This document shows positions 49,401 to 60,128 of a stretch of 64,000 nucleotides of DNA, piece by piece. This DNA comes from Massalongia carnosa (taxonomy: Eukaryota), in assembly GCA_965645245.1 (NCBI GenBank), contig OZ287085.1, positions 1,240,001 through 1,304,000 on the forward strand. Reading direction: 5' to 3'. The notes beneath the pieces are model-generated. The model made no database searches. It was not told the DNA's origin and worked only from the letters and a program-made list of their open reading frames with translations. Position 1 is the first letter of the stretch. Each line of letters starts with the position of its first letter. The translations under genes were made by a program, and so were the position numbers.

Positions 49401-52274
49401 AATCTAGTCCTTTTGTCGGCGTCCTATTTAGCAAGTGTCCAGCAGCGAGATAGCACTCGGGATACAGATCTTCTGGCAAATCGGCGCCGATGCGAATGCA
49501 TCTAGCCTTCTGAGTCAAAAGGCTTCCTGCCCTCTCAGCCGACCCATTCTGCTCCTTAGTATGCTTTGCGGACCATTCAAACGCGATTCCCTGTTCCTTG
49601 ACGAAGTCTTGAATAACGTCTCCAACCGACGTTTCCTGATCCATTCGAAAGGTCTGAACGAAAAGACCGAATTCGGCTCCGAGTCGATCGCACCGATTTA
49701 TGACATGCTTGACAATCCGAAGTAGTGTCTCCTGCTTATGATCTTGCAGGGGGAAGACCCAATGAAACGAGGTGAAATCATCCTGAAAATGAGCGACGCA
49801 GGTGGTCCCATCGAAAGCAGTCCTTTTCAAAATAATGAGGTCAAAATGAAGACGCTGGAATGGTTTAGTGGCTTTAGTAGCCGAGACCCTTGATACTAAT
49901 GTATGCATTTTTGACAATGCGCACGTCTCACATTTCACTGTCTTTGGAGCATCTTGACCACTGTTACCTCTTGAAATCTCAATCATCTTCTGATTCGACA
50001 ACTGGTTAATGACTTCCGGTTGGCAATGTCCTAGGCGGAGATGAAATTTCCATGGCGTGCCTTTTGGGATTGCATCTGCCGAGACTCGGGAACCGACGAA
50101 ATTTGCGAAAGCACCAGCGTGGCCAACGGGACGATACTCGGCAGTGTAGAGACCGAAATGCTCTTCCAATTCGAAGATTGAAATACCCTTCTTCTCGACC
50201 GTGTCCGTATGCATGTTCCACAGAAATCCATCCTTTTTCAGCTTGCTGACCGAAATCAAAGTCACCGATGAGTCGGGAACGTATGCTGTGTGTCGAAAAT
50301 GCAGAGGCTGATTCTTCCCTTTTAGTGTCCCATTCACCAACATTGTCCCAAAACCTTCAATAAGGAGATCTCCGTCGGGAGTCGAGACCCATTCGTATGC
50401 CGGGATGATTTCGTCAATAAACCGGGATTTGTCCCAGGTCAGATGATTGGAGCATCCCGAGTCGTAGGAGACGCTGAGATGAAGCAGATTGTCGCGATCC
50501 GAGATAGTATTTCCAAAAGAGACTGGAGCATTCTCGACAACAGGGAGCTCGGCGGGAGCATTGCCATTGCCTCGGCCACGACCTCCATCTCCGCGACCCC
50601 CTCGACCTCCACCTCTTCCTCGATATCGAGGTTTCAAAGGTTCATCAGGCTCGGAGATGCCGTTGAGAATGTCGGATGTAGCGGCGCGTTTGACATACCA
50701 ATAAAGCTTGGAATTGGACCCGATTTTTTGTCGGATGTGGTCGCGTATCTCCTTATTGAATTTCCATCCCGAGATTCTAGACTCGACTGTCAAATAAGGG
50801 CATCTTTTCCAGGAGTGAGTTTCGCCGCAAAGGCATTCGCTATTGCCGTACTTGCTATCGTCAGAAGTGGAATTTCCCTGATCGGAAGAAGACTGTCCTT
50901 GCAGAGAAGCGGAATTCGCCGAGAGCTGCTGACGACGACCAGTGCTGATTGCATTTTCTTCTATCTCGGTCCGATACTCATTGGCGGCCTCGAAGAATTT
51001 AAGGGGACGACCTGATACATTTCGTATCTTGATCCAGGTGTCGCAAAAGAATGGTGCCCATATCCGAGCGGCTTTCAGAAAGTGCTGAGTGTAGATATAC
51101 TCACTATAGATGGGTTCAACTTTCAAAGCAACGATTTCTTCCCTCAGCGTTTCCCATTGGCAGATCCAAGATTCGATCTTCCCTTTCACCGGGTGAGAAT
51201 TTCTCAACTCGTCGTACTGGCGATCGATCTGCCTTTGAACTTCGTCCGGACTCTTTTTGAACTTATGGGCCAGGGACTGAAGAATTTCTCGAACCGAGGA
51301 TGATCTGACATTCCTGGCGACATAATCTTTAGCCGACTCTAGGATGACCGTATGAACCTTCTCAATTCCCATGGCTGCGGCCCTGGCATCTGCCTGAAGC
51401 CCTCGATGTGACCGTTCATCTGCATTGTACGAATCCTTCTGTGATTCCGAGAGATCGGCATACCGAGAACATGGTTCGGGAATCAGGACCGGCGGACCAT
51501 TTAAATCGCCGAGAACTGTCCCTTGAGTAGAACCTTGAGAAGCGACAATAGCAGGCGTAGGGGTATTGGTAGAGTCAGTGCCAGGCGTATTAACCGGGAC
51601 GACTTTGACGTAATCACTGAATTTGGGAAATTTGGGAATGGTAGGTTCCGATTCTGATCCTTCCGGATCGACGTACTCCCATACCTGAGATCGAACTGCG
51701 ATACCCTTGATTTCCGACAACCAGGAATTGTAGGTCCTAGGCGTCAGAGCCGAGACGATGAGTTTCCGAGACGATCCCGACGAGTAGTCTTCCATTTGGG
51801 ATAACCGACCAAAGATGGAGACAGATGGGAAAAACAGGGAAACGACCAAAAAGGCAAAGGAAAACAGAAGCACGAGGAATAAATCAACTCTGCGATGCTC
51901 CATGAGAGATACGATAATTCCGGCGGCGATACTCAGCCTGCCTAGGATATTTCGGGGTCGATGAAGGCAGCGATAAATCAGCTTACCAATAACTAAAGTT
52001 AAGACGGAGGCAGCGAAAAATTCAGCTAACCCGGGCTCATAACTGTCAACCTTTCACATGAATTCAGGAAGGATGGAAAAAGGCTGTATTCTGTATGTGG
52101 GAAATGCCCACATCTAGCTACCTATATAGAAGGGAAAAGGGGTCATGGCAGCAACGATATCAACCCCGGCAAATTGAGGGGTAAAGGTGTGGAAGAAATG
52201 GCGTAGCTTAGCGGCATCTGCCGCGACAGGGGTCGAGGATCGGCGATGAGAATCGACCACATTCAGGTTTGACA
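46443..52274 (-). mobile_element. Full-length Ty1/copia element (family 4); LTRs 46443-46673 and 52044-52274; TSD CAATG
   Basis: 231-bp LTRs that read as identical, PBS GTTATGAGCCCGG, G-rich PPT and a single uninterrupted ORF. Confidence 0.96.
46840..51795 (-). CDS. Intact gag-pol polyprotein of copia family 4
   Basis: Knuckle CLCGETHSWKRC, protease YDSGCSNH, integrase (HLRLGH...CETC, EQNGSAER), RT FYVDD and RNase H TADGLTK. Likely start MEDYSS at 51795; the ORF is open from 51903. Confidence 0.92.
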   Translation of the reverse strand: MEDYSSGSSRKLIVSALTPRTYNSWLSEIKGIAVRSQVWEYVDPEGSESEPTIPKFPKFSDYVKVVPVNTPGTDSTNTPTPAIVASQGSTQGTVLGDLNGPPVLIPEPCSRYADLSESQKDSYNADERSHRGLQADARAAAMGIEKVHTVILESAKDYVARNVRSSSVREILQSLAHKFKKSPDEVQRQIDRQYDELRNSHPVKGKIESWICQWETLREEIVALKVEPIYSEYIYTQHFLKAARIWAPFFCDTWIKIRNVSGRPLKFFEAANEYRTEIEENAISTGRRQQLSANSASLQGQSSSDQGNSTSDDSKYGNSECLCGETHSWKRCPYLTVESRISGWKFNKEIRDHIRQKIGSNSKLYWYVKRAATSDILNGISEPDEPLKPRYRGRGGGRGGRGDGGRGRGNGNAPAELPVVENAPVSFGNTISDRDNLLHLSVSYDSGCSNHLTWDKSRFIDEIIPAYEWVSTPDGDLLIEGFGTMLVNGTLKGKNQPLHFRHTAYVPDSSVTLISVSKLKKDGFLWNMHTDTVEKKGISIFELEEHFGLYTAEYRPVGHAGAFANFVGSRVSADAIPKGTPWKFHLRLGHCQPEVINQLSNQKMIEISRGNSGQDAPKTVKCETCALSKMHTLVSRVSATKATKPFQRLHFDLIILKRTAFDGTTCVAHFQDDFTSFHWVFPLQDHKQETLLRIVKHVINRCDRLGAEFGLFVQTFRMDQETSVGDVIQDFVKEQGIAFEWSAKHTKEQNGSAERAGSLLTQKARCIRIGADLPEDLYPECYLAAGHLLNRTPTKGLDWKSPHISLHRALKKPYNSEIGHLKVFGCKAYPLLKGKDAPPKSEKLAPRAFVGYLVGYDSTNIYRVWNPETWSVSGYRDVIFDEDQTFSTYVKRDLIPEEKVAEFVELEVFDAAPYIVDLAENEEQWLATSVRNRSFADPSSSVENSSALDVPASLTAKDVPIMPRHSPSQQHLPTPESTPPPSTSAPAPTSSSSTSRDKRVVKDSLPSSIDLPTDLPETGRTPLGIAESFGTGPSRNIGSAKLDVSNIVEGKRVRKPKQKFANLAAPLGIRPLGIASEPLGNTNSRLDDGMKEVYLAFAVTTRSTSLHRDSLPPPPKQWRGMLRHPHAEGFRKAAEFEYQTLLRMDTFVVIPKTSNQKPLPLMWVFTYKFDPDGFLVKYKARLVVRGDLEEVSAEDVYASTLAIKIFRCLMALTSAFGLRTRQFDAINAFLNAKADRVIHVYMPDGFVIEGKCLLLVRALYGLRKSPLLWLREFSKALTSLDMQQIPGEPCLFTDYSGIILFFYVDDIVIIFPESRAADVDLLIQKLNARFELRDMGQLSFFLGVRIVRNAGDIYLCQDSYMDKLAIEYEIDTSKSPSSPLPSDFIAFTSASAASPDSDSPRSVDQSLRQEYRKKVGSICYPANITRPDVAKAASKLAEHLTCPGLEHLDAANHCLQYLHATKYLAIKYSPSGGGELTVQSPDDDQLSAKHVFENTADASFANSPERRSYEGFTFKLYGGMIDWAARKQATVSTSTTEAELLALLHAGKACIWWINFFGKLGFDYDHSVKIYNDNMQTIRILTSEQPKVTTKLLHVDIAQLWLRQSVQFGHLNVGYLQTNRMTADGLTKPLPPQKHRSFLEMLGLIDIKCLI

Positions 52275-52828
52275 CAATGCGTCTCTGAAGAGTTCTGACT
52301 TTGACGTTGAATGCGACGGCAGCATCGGTTGCAAAGCGGTATTCGCCATCGCCAATAGCATCCAGGGCATCCTGAATATGATACTCCAATTCTTCATAAT
52401 TTGTAGGCATTATGTTGTTGAATGGTGATCGTTGAATAGTTGAAGTCAAAAATCGAAAAAAACGTCATATGGGTGGTGTACGTCATTTGGGTGGCCATTC
52501 CCCCCCCTAGGGGGTGAGGCGTGGCACGATTATGCAGCTTTTGACTGGTATCAGCATTCTCGCTCCCTTTTTCCTCAACGATCTTAGCGATGATATTCTT
52601 ATTACTACTGCTGTATCAGGTTATTCAAACGACTGGCTGGCCTTGCAATGGATTAAACACTTCGATAAACACCCTCGAAACATTCGAAAGGGGGCATGAA
52701 GACTGCTGATTATGGATGAACATGGATCTCATCATACTTGTGAGTTTTTAGAGTATTGTGACGCTCATAACATCATTCCATTTGGATTATCATCACATAC
52801 CACTTACTTATTGCAACCGCTTGATAGA

Positions 52829-53210
52829 TGTCATGGTTCAACCACATCCACCCAAGGCCAATCAAAGGAAAGTACGGCATCTGCCGGAGCACTAACCGCT
52901 TTCGTTACTCAACCCTTTTAGCAATCATAGGGGCAATCAACGGAGGTCTGAAAAGGACTGAAAGGGACGCATCGGAAAGACCTTCTAAAGCAAACACAAA
53001 TGGATGAAAGGGATAAAGGGCAGAAAGACTGTTTGACCAAACTGTTCACTTATTGATGGAGAAACAAACAGTTGGATCGGGCAAAGCGGTTATCTATATA
53101 GACTCCTAGAGAGAGCACCTTTTGCTTGTTTCCTTTCTGTATCTTTGATATTTTCTAGTGCATAGCTTCCCAGTAGATAGTCAATTCCACATCCTGGTTG
53201 AACCGCCACA
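52829..53210. mobile_element. Solo LTR (382 bp) in the transposase of pogo A
   Basis: TGTCATGGTTCAACC...GGTTGAACCGCCACA ends. It interrupts QPLD/VCVFQ, with an imperfect TSD ATAGA/ATGTA. Confidence 0.7.
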
Positions 53211-54351
53211 ATGTATGTGTGTTTCAGTCTTTAATGCATTGGCATTCCGAGGTTGTCAGTGAGGCCATCCAGAACGATGATGAAACGTTCTCGAAGGTGG
53301 AATTTCTAGCTGCATTCAATACCTTTCGGGCAAAGGCCTTCAAATCAACAACAATTACGTCTACATGAAGAAAAAACGGCATAATTCTATATAATCCAGA
53401 GGTGGTTCTTCAAAAGATCAGAGAAAATATACCACCCCCCCGTGAGACTACCCTACCTTCGTCGATTCAATCAATACAAGAGACCTCAAGAATTGTCAAA
53501 CAATTGAGTACAGTAGCCGCATACATTATAATGCATTCCTGTTATTCGGATGAACTTACACAAATGATAGCAAAATTTGTGAAGGGGGCTGTTTCGGAAG
53601 TACGAAAAGGAGAACTTCTCGAACAACGATGGGATCAACAAACAAAGGCCGAAAATTTTCGAAAAGCACGCAAACGAGAGAGCAATAAGATACTTCATAT
53701 TGGGGGTATACTTATTGCACGAAAGGCTCGATCAATGATTCATGATAGACAGAATCAGGAGGCTCAGAGGGAGAAGGATCGAATGATCGCATGGGAAAAG
53801 CGATATTCTTTGGCATTGGGCAAGGTGGGTAGACAAACCAAAACTTATCGAAAGTTGAAGATAACCAAAAGTATGAATAGCATCAAAAGATGAGAGATAG
53901 TACTAAAGGAATTGTTGAAAAAAACCCCGATGTATGTAGAGGAGTAGCATTTTAGGTTGTATATCTACATAAGTTTGGTTGTATGGCTAGCTAGCACTAA
54001 CTAAGCGAGGCGAACCGAGTGATGTGGGTGGCACGGATATTAAAAGCGATTCGATTTTCGATATTTTTGCATTATTTGAATGAGCTAACCGAGGTCTAAC
54101 AACCAGTAAATTATTATGCACCACAAATAGTCAATAGATGATAATGCAGATGCAGATAATAAACTATTTCGATTTTAGAAGATATTTTCTTATCTTATCT
54201 TTACTGTCCCCCCCCTAAACAAACTTGAAAACATAGGTTTTTTGCATGGGGGGGTCCAGTGGAGTCAATCAGAAAGAAAAGACGGGTCGCAGGGGTAATC
54301 GAACTAATCAAATAAGTGCGACCGAGACGAATTTCAATATTTGATAGAATC

Positions 54352-55609
54352 TGTCACGATTCTACACGGCACGACCTCGGTATTCCCGCACCTTCAATTT
54401 TATTCCTGCAGTGACTAGAAGATTCTACCGCGACTATACCATATGAGTACTAGCGCAGTAGAGGATATATAGAGGTGTAATACGGATGGCGCTAGAGGGA
54501 TACGTGATCGCCTATGGCGGTTGCGGGATTAACTAGCGTGGACCATGCCGTAGTACGAAGTCGCATAAGCCGTCGAGGCTGACACGCTGGCACACTGCCA
54601 TCTTGCCCCGAAACTTCGGAGTTATTGTTATCACGTTCTTGACTACTTACAGATCAAACACCTGTCGAGGCCGTGGTGGTAGATTGCCATGGAGTGTAAG
54701 GCGGACTCCTGTGGAGACGCCAAGGAACTCTATATGGGATCTACTGGTCTACTCGGAGCTACTGGATCTCTTGATGGTTCAAGAGAGGTAGCAGGAGGCA
54801 CGGCTCGCTGGACGCAGCTTGAGCTAGGCTCCCCGGTGTAAACTTCAGCTTCAACCTTTATTACTACGTTGGTAGTGATGTCGGCTGAATGAACCTACAT
54901 GACCTCGTTGTCTAGACCTTGTGTCTAGAGGCAGGTCCGCAGTGTAGCGAGGTATTCAGTCGGAGGTAACCTTCCATCACTAGGTAGTGGTGACGGCGAA
55001 ATGAAGCTACATAGCCTGAGGCATGTAGTGAGGGATCTAGCCGGGGGTAGAATTGTTCTACCTTGCAAGGGAAGGTCTAGAAGGCTGCTCGAGGCTGACT
55101 AGATGATCCAGCGACGCCGAGTTCGTGGATGGATCCTGAGGGATGGTTGGATGTAATGCGATAAAGTCGGATGTGGATTGCAAGGCTGTAATGCTCGCAA
55201 GACTCCCAAGGCTTGCAAGGCTCCTAAGGTTCCAAGGCTCCCAAGGCTATAGGCTTGGGGTGAGTAGGATAAATATCAGAACGAATCTTGTAGTATTCGT
55301 TAGCAATTAGTCTTTATTCTATGAACAACCTACGTTTGGGTCTCGGACGAGATCTCTTGGTCTAAGCACTTCCACATCCATTAGTTCTTTGGATCACGTA
55401 TACTCTCGGAGACTAGCACGTAGTAGCTATCTTCCTCCTCTCACGCTGAGCATTTCCCCTTTCGAGATCAGTGTCGCTCGTGATAAGCTTACTGGTCTCG
55501 TAGCCCACTACAAGAGGCAGGTTCGGGTTGTCAATTGTCGTCTTTCTCTTTATCTCTATTGCATTCGTTTATAGTCTCCCTATAACTTGTCTCTAGGTAG
55601 ATCATAACA
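54352..55609. mobile_element. Probable long solo LTR (1258 bp)
   Basis: TGTCACGAT...ATCATAACA inverted ends, near-TSD GAATC/GAACC and no coding ORF. Confidence 0.6.
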
Positions 55610-56825
55610 GAACCGCCTTGAGCTTCAATGATGGTTCTATATCAATTCCACCAGCAATTTACAAGACTTTTAATAAAATCATCCGGCACGGCCTCCTATG
55701 CTTCTCAAATGATAGTTCTAGTTAAAAGGAGACTCTGGTTGCAGGTAATCGCATTGACTATATAGCTATCTGAAAGGAAAAGAGCAGACTTTTCACCAAA
55801 GGGCAAAGCACGCTAAACCTAAAACCTTCCTAGAGAAGATTAGACTACCCGTTATCCACGCAGTGAGCCCAACAAGCCATTATAACCATAATCGCAACTG
55901 CCATTCAACAGTTCTCAATCGATTTAAAGACATATTGATCACGTTACATTTGACCTTTCAATATTGCTTCTGTATCCTGTTTTTTATCCTGTTTCATACA
56001 TGCTCAATGAGATTCAAATCAAGAGAATAAGGAGGCTAGTTGGTAGTACGAATCCCCCTTCTTTGCAAAATTTTCGCTGTCAATTTGAATCGATAAAATG
56101 AAGCGTTGTCCTGCACAATTGTCAATTTAAGATGAGCTTTTATTAAATCCCGAACGCCAGACAAAATAGATTTATCGTATTTGACTGAATCAATACTGTT
56201 TCATTCTTTTTTCAAAAGAAAGCTGAACCTTTTCCTCCTTGATATATCGTTCCATGAAACATTCATACAGGACATTTGCTATATTTGTGTTAAATGTTTG
56301 ATTCTGCGTATCTATCGGAGTCTTCTTTAATTGTGATGTACGATATAATATATGCTTCCTTATTCGCCTGAACCTCGTCAAAAAATATCTGATGATTATA
56401 TATTCGTTCGCGCGATCAGATGAATCCTTCGTAAGCAAATTGAAGGCGGAGGTTTTCCACTCGTGAATCGTCCGAAAATTCCTTTCTTTTCCTTGTACGA
56501 CGACAATATCTAGGCTGACGAAAGGCTATTTTCATGACTTTTTCTTTCGTTCCTATCAAATTTAACTCGAGATGTTGAATAGGTCTATGACTATGGCTAT
56601 ATGACTATGTAAAGATAGGGGCCTGTATGACCATGATGTTAAGGATGCAGAGTTGCTACGGAGTGCAGAGCAATCTGTTCCTTTTATCTTGGTCACCTCT
56701 GCTAAGCGAGATGATAATAGTTTATCCGACTAGGCAATGCTGGTAGAAGTTGAACATTCAACACCCTCCCTCAAGTTCTGCCAGTACTTGTTCTGATGAT
56801 CAAAACCGCGCTGCGCGGTGTGAAC

Positions 56826-59800
56826 TCAACTAGATGAATTCATGTGAAGTTGTCTGATGAAGGAGAAGAATTTGACGTGGGTAAGCGGTTTGGTCAGTCC
56901 GTCCGCTACCATGTGTTCTGTTGAAACATAGGTAAGGTCTATTCGACCCTCTGTGACCTCATTCCGTATGAAGTGATGCTGAATGTCGATGTGCTTAGTC
57001 CTTGAATGTAAGACGGGATTATTGGCCAGTGCTATAGCACTCTGATTATCACCTTTCAATGCTATAGCGCCTTCCCTTTCAAGTACATTCACTGTCGGAG
57101 TAGCATCATCCTGCATCAGCCCGAGTTCTGTCATCAATAAGCGTATCCATATGGTCTCCTTAGCAGCTAAGGTGAGTGCCATATATTCGGCTTCTGTGGA
57201 TGAGAGGGCAACGGTTTTCTGTCTTTTTGAGGCCCAACTGATTGGTCCATTGTTCAGCATGAAGACGTATCCGGAGGTGGACTTGCGGTCTTCCTTGTCA
57301 CCGGCCCAATCAGAATCGGAATAGCCCTGTATAGACAAATCTCCGCCACCAAAGGTAATGCCTCTGTCTCTGGTTGCACTGAGATATCTGAGAATCTGCT
57401 TGGCTGCCTCCATGTGTGATTTGCCAGGATTTTTGGCATGTCGGCTGACCACTGAGGTCGCGTAGGCAATGTCAGGCCTTGTTTCTATCATAGCAAACAT
57501 GATGGAGCCGACGATTGCTTGATACTGTTTAATGTCTGATTCTGAGGCCTGGGATTCATTTCTGAATAGACTGCCTTCTTTCATTGGGGTGGTGGTAGTT
57601 TTCGCGTTCTGCATATGAAACTTCTCCAGGACCTTTTCGATGTAGGTAGATTGAGATAGTTTGATTGTTCTGTTATCGCGATTTCGTTCTACCTTTAGGC
57701 CTAGATAATGACTGATTGGGCCCATGTCCACCATCTTGAACGCAATGTTCAGTTGTTTCTTGACTTCAGATATCATAGGAGATCCCTTTGGACCTATGAT
57801 GTTCAGATCATCAACGAAGGAGGTAACAATTGGACCTCTTATTCCTGCCGAAGAGGAGAAGATACTATGATCTGCGTGAAGTTTGGACAGACCCAGCTTG
57901 GTAAGTAGAAATTCGGATAGCCTTTCATACCATAGGCGTGGAGATTGTTTCAGGCCATAGAGAGCCTTGTTCAGTTTGCAGATCATGCCCGCTTTTTCAT
58001 ATCCTTTGGGCATTTGGACGTAAATCAATTGATCTATTACCCCATACAAGAATGCTGTGACGACATCAAGCTGTTCGATGTCCAAGTCATGATGAGCTGC
58101 TATGGCAAACAATAATCGGAAGGCCATTGGTTTCACTACGGAGGCATAGGTCTGTTCGAAATCTACTCCGTACTGCTGGAGATAGCCTTTCACCACCCAT
58201 CTGGATTTGTACCGTGTGATATTTCCATTGACGTCTCGTTTCAGTTTGTATACCCATTTTCCACTGAGAGCAGTATGATTGGGCTCCATATCCTCGGTTC
58301 TGACAAGAGTCCATGTTTCGTTCTCGAGAAGACTGTTGTGTTCATTGTCCATGGAACGACTCCAGCTTTCGGAATGTGGACCTTTCATAGCTTGATGGTA
58401 TGTCTGAGGTTCAGCTATGTCGAGTTGAGACAGTGCGTCATAGTCTTCCAATCCTGATGATCCTTCCTTTTCCAAGGTTCTGGCAAGAAGAACGAGTGGA
58501 TCCTCTGTGTCTATGTCATCGTATGTAGGAGTATGATTGGGTTCATCTAAAGCTGTGTCTGATAGAAGAGACAATGCGTGTTCTATCTGAGCATGCTTCC
58601 TGGGTCTGCCACGTCCACGTTTTGGAATCGTTGTGGGGGATGAAATGACTGTTGATTTTGATGGAGTGACTGTATCGGGAGTCATGATGGCCTCGTATGT
58701 AGGAACGTTGGTCTGGTCTTTGGAGATGGCGTCTTCGTGAATGCGCAGATCTTTGACCCTGATGACCCTGTAGTCCTTTTCCAGAAAGACTCGATAGATT
58801 GTGCATCCATCGTACCCACACAAGACTCCGCGTTGGGCCCGAGGTAGAAATTTGGCCGATTTGCTGTTGGCGCCTTTGCGTTCTTCCTCATGAATGAGGA
58901 CATACACGGTTGATCCCAACACTCGCAGATGATTCAGAGGAGGTGCCTTTGACTCGTAAATTTCAAATGGGGTCTTTCCGGATAAAGCATTTGTAGGTCT
59001 GACGTTTTTTGTGTGAACCATAGCTAAAACCACCTCTGTCCATAGGTAGTCCGGAATGCCTCCTGCAATGATGGTACATCTAGTCATGTCCATGATAGTT
59101 CTGCCTGTTCGTTCAGACACACCGTTTTGTTCCTGTGAATACGGTGCGGAGGGTTCAAACGTTATCCCTTCTTTCAGGAACCAATCATCCGATTTCAGAC
59201 TTCGAAGTTCTGTGCCGAAATCAGTTCGAAAGATGTTTATTGGCTTGCTCTTTCCTGTCTTGTTCTGAGCTAGACTGTAGTATGTCAACAGATGATCAAA
59301 CCATTCGCTCTTCTTGATGCCTGTATACACATGAGTGTATCTGCTGGCATCGCAGGTGAAGGTAAAGAAGTACTGTTCTTCAAGAAGTCCTGCTGGTTTG
59401 ATGGGTCCTACTAGATCGGAATGAACCTTTTGAAAGATGCCTGTTGCTCTCTCCTGAGGTGTCCGGTTGTATATCTTAGTGGCCTTTCCGAGTTCACAGG
59501 ATGAACAGTACCAATCTTTGTTCACGTTGTCTGAGTACGACACATCGAGTCTTTTCAGAAAAGCTCGGCAGGTGATCAGGTTTAAATGACCAAGACGCGC
59601 ATGCCATGTTGACAGGTCTGTTATGGCTGACGTGTGGTAGACTGATGTGTTCGGCCACTGAAAGGTGCTCTCATCTGTCTGCATAAGATGTGTAGCCACG
59701 TCTGGGGCGTCCAAGGTCTTTAGTACAAAGTTTGTATTGACTCTTGGCACATAGCCTATGATGTTCTGACTAATCCCGTTGAATAGGGTCCAGTTAACAT

Positions 59801-60128
59801 TGTCATAGTAGATGTTGTTTTGGTTGAGTAGTGCCAGACTGACGAGGTTCACTGGACACTGTGGAATGAAAAGAACGTTGTTCAGTATTAACACTGACGA
59901 GGGTGAGTCGTCCTGTAGTGCCAACGTTTTCCGGATCATTCCCCTCCCTGGAGACGTGCCATCTGATGTAGATCCTGCCAGACCTGTGGAGCGTGTTATG
60001 TAGTTGATGAACGACGGCCTGTGATTGCATACGTGCATGTCCGCTGCGCTGTCTAGTAGCCAGGTGTCTCTGTTGAGATGGTTGATGGTCATGACCTTCT
60101 GTAGAGTGGTAGTCATGACCACTGTGAG
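56826..60128 (-). CDS. pol (PR-INT-RT-RNase H) of copia family 5
   Basis: WLLDSAADMH, WHARLGH...CSSC, EQNGVSER, SFVDD and ADGLTK motifs. Uninterrupted and in the same frame as gag. Confidence 0.92.
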   Translation of the reverse strand, partial: LTVVMTTTLQKVMTINHLNRDTWLLDSAADMHVCNHRPSFINYITRSTGLAGSTSDGTSPGRGMIRKTLALQDDSPSSVLILNNVLFIPQCPVNLVSLALLNQNNIYYDNVNWTLFNGISQNIIGYVPRVNTNFVLKTLDAPDVATHLMQTDESTFQWPNTSVYHTSAITDLSTWHARLGHLNLITCRAFLKRLDVSYSDNVNKDWYCSSCELGKATKIYNRTPQERATGIFQKVHSDLVGPIKPAGLLEEQYFFTFTCDASRYTHVYTGIKKSEWFDHLLTYYSLAQNKTGKSKPINIFRTDFGTELRSLKSDDWFLKEGITFEPSAPYSQEQNGVSERTGRTIMDMTRCTIIAGGIPDYLWTEVVLAMVHTKNVRPTNALSGKTPFEIYESKAPPLNHLRVLGSTVYVLIHEEERKGANSKSAKFLPRAQRGVLCGYDGCTIYRVFLEKDYRVIRVKDLRIHEDAISKDQTNVPTYEAIMTPDTVTPSKSTVISSPTTIPKRGRGRPRKHAQIEHALSLLSDTALDEPNHTPTYDDIDTEDPLVLLARTLEKEGSSGLEDYDALSQLDIAEPQTYHQAMKGPHSESWSRSMDNEHNSLLENETWTLVRTEDMEPNHTALSGKWVYKLKRDVNGNITRYKSRWVVKGYLQQYGVDFEQTYASVVKPMAFRLLFAIAAHHDLDIEQLDVVTAFLYGVIDQLIYVQMPKGYEKAGMICKLNKALYGLKQSPRLWYERLSEFLLTKLGLSKLHADHSIFSSSAGIRGPIVTSFVDDLNIIGPKGSPMISEVKKQLNIAFKMVDMGPISHYLGLKVERNRDNRTIKLSQSTYIEKVLEKFHMQNAKTTTTPMKEGSLFRNESQASESDIKQYQAIVGSIMFAMIETRPDIAYATSVVSRHAKNPGKSHMEAAKQILRYLSATRDRGITFGGGDLSIQGYSDSDWAGDKEDRKSTSGYVFMLNNGPISWASKRQKTVALSSTEAEYMALTLAAKETIWIRLLMTELGLMQDDATPTVNVLEREGAIALKGDNQSAIALANNPVLHSRTKHIDIQHHFIRNEVTEGRIDLTYVSTEHMVADGLTKPLTHVKFFSFIRQLHMNSSS

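Larger units (their letters stand above)
38809..52530 (-). mobile_element. pogo/Fot1 transposon C (~1.9 kb originally), split by two copia insertions
   Basis: TIRs ATCGTGCCACGCCTCACCCC...GGCCACCCAAATGACGTACACCACCCATATGACGTTTT with TA TSD. Transposase segments 52410-52275, 46442-45545 and 39571-38880 rejoin in one frame. Confidence 0.92.
35534..54037 (+). mobile_element. pogo/Fot1 transposon A (outer host of the nest; ~1.9 kb once inserts are removed), transposase degenerate
   Basis: TIRs TCCGTGCCACCCACAT(T/C)ACTCGGTTCGCCTCGCTTAG at both ends with TA TSD. Transposase pieces lie at ~35660-36321, 52531-52828 and 53211-53893, and the first junction rejoins as RDIPPMQLLTG. Confidence 0.9.
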
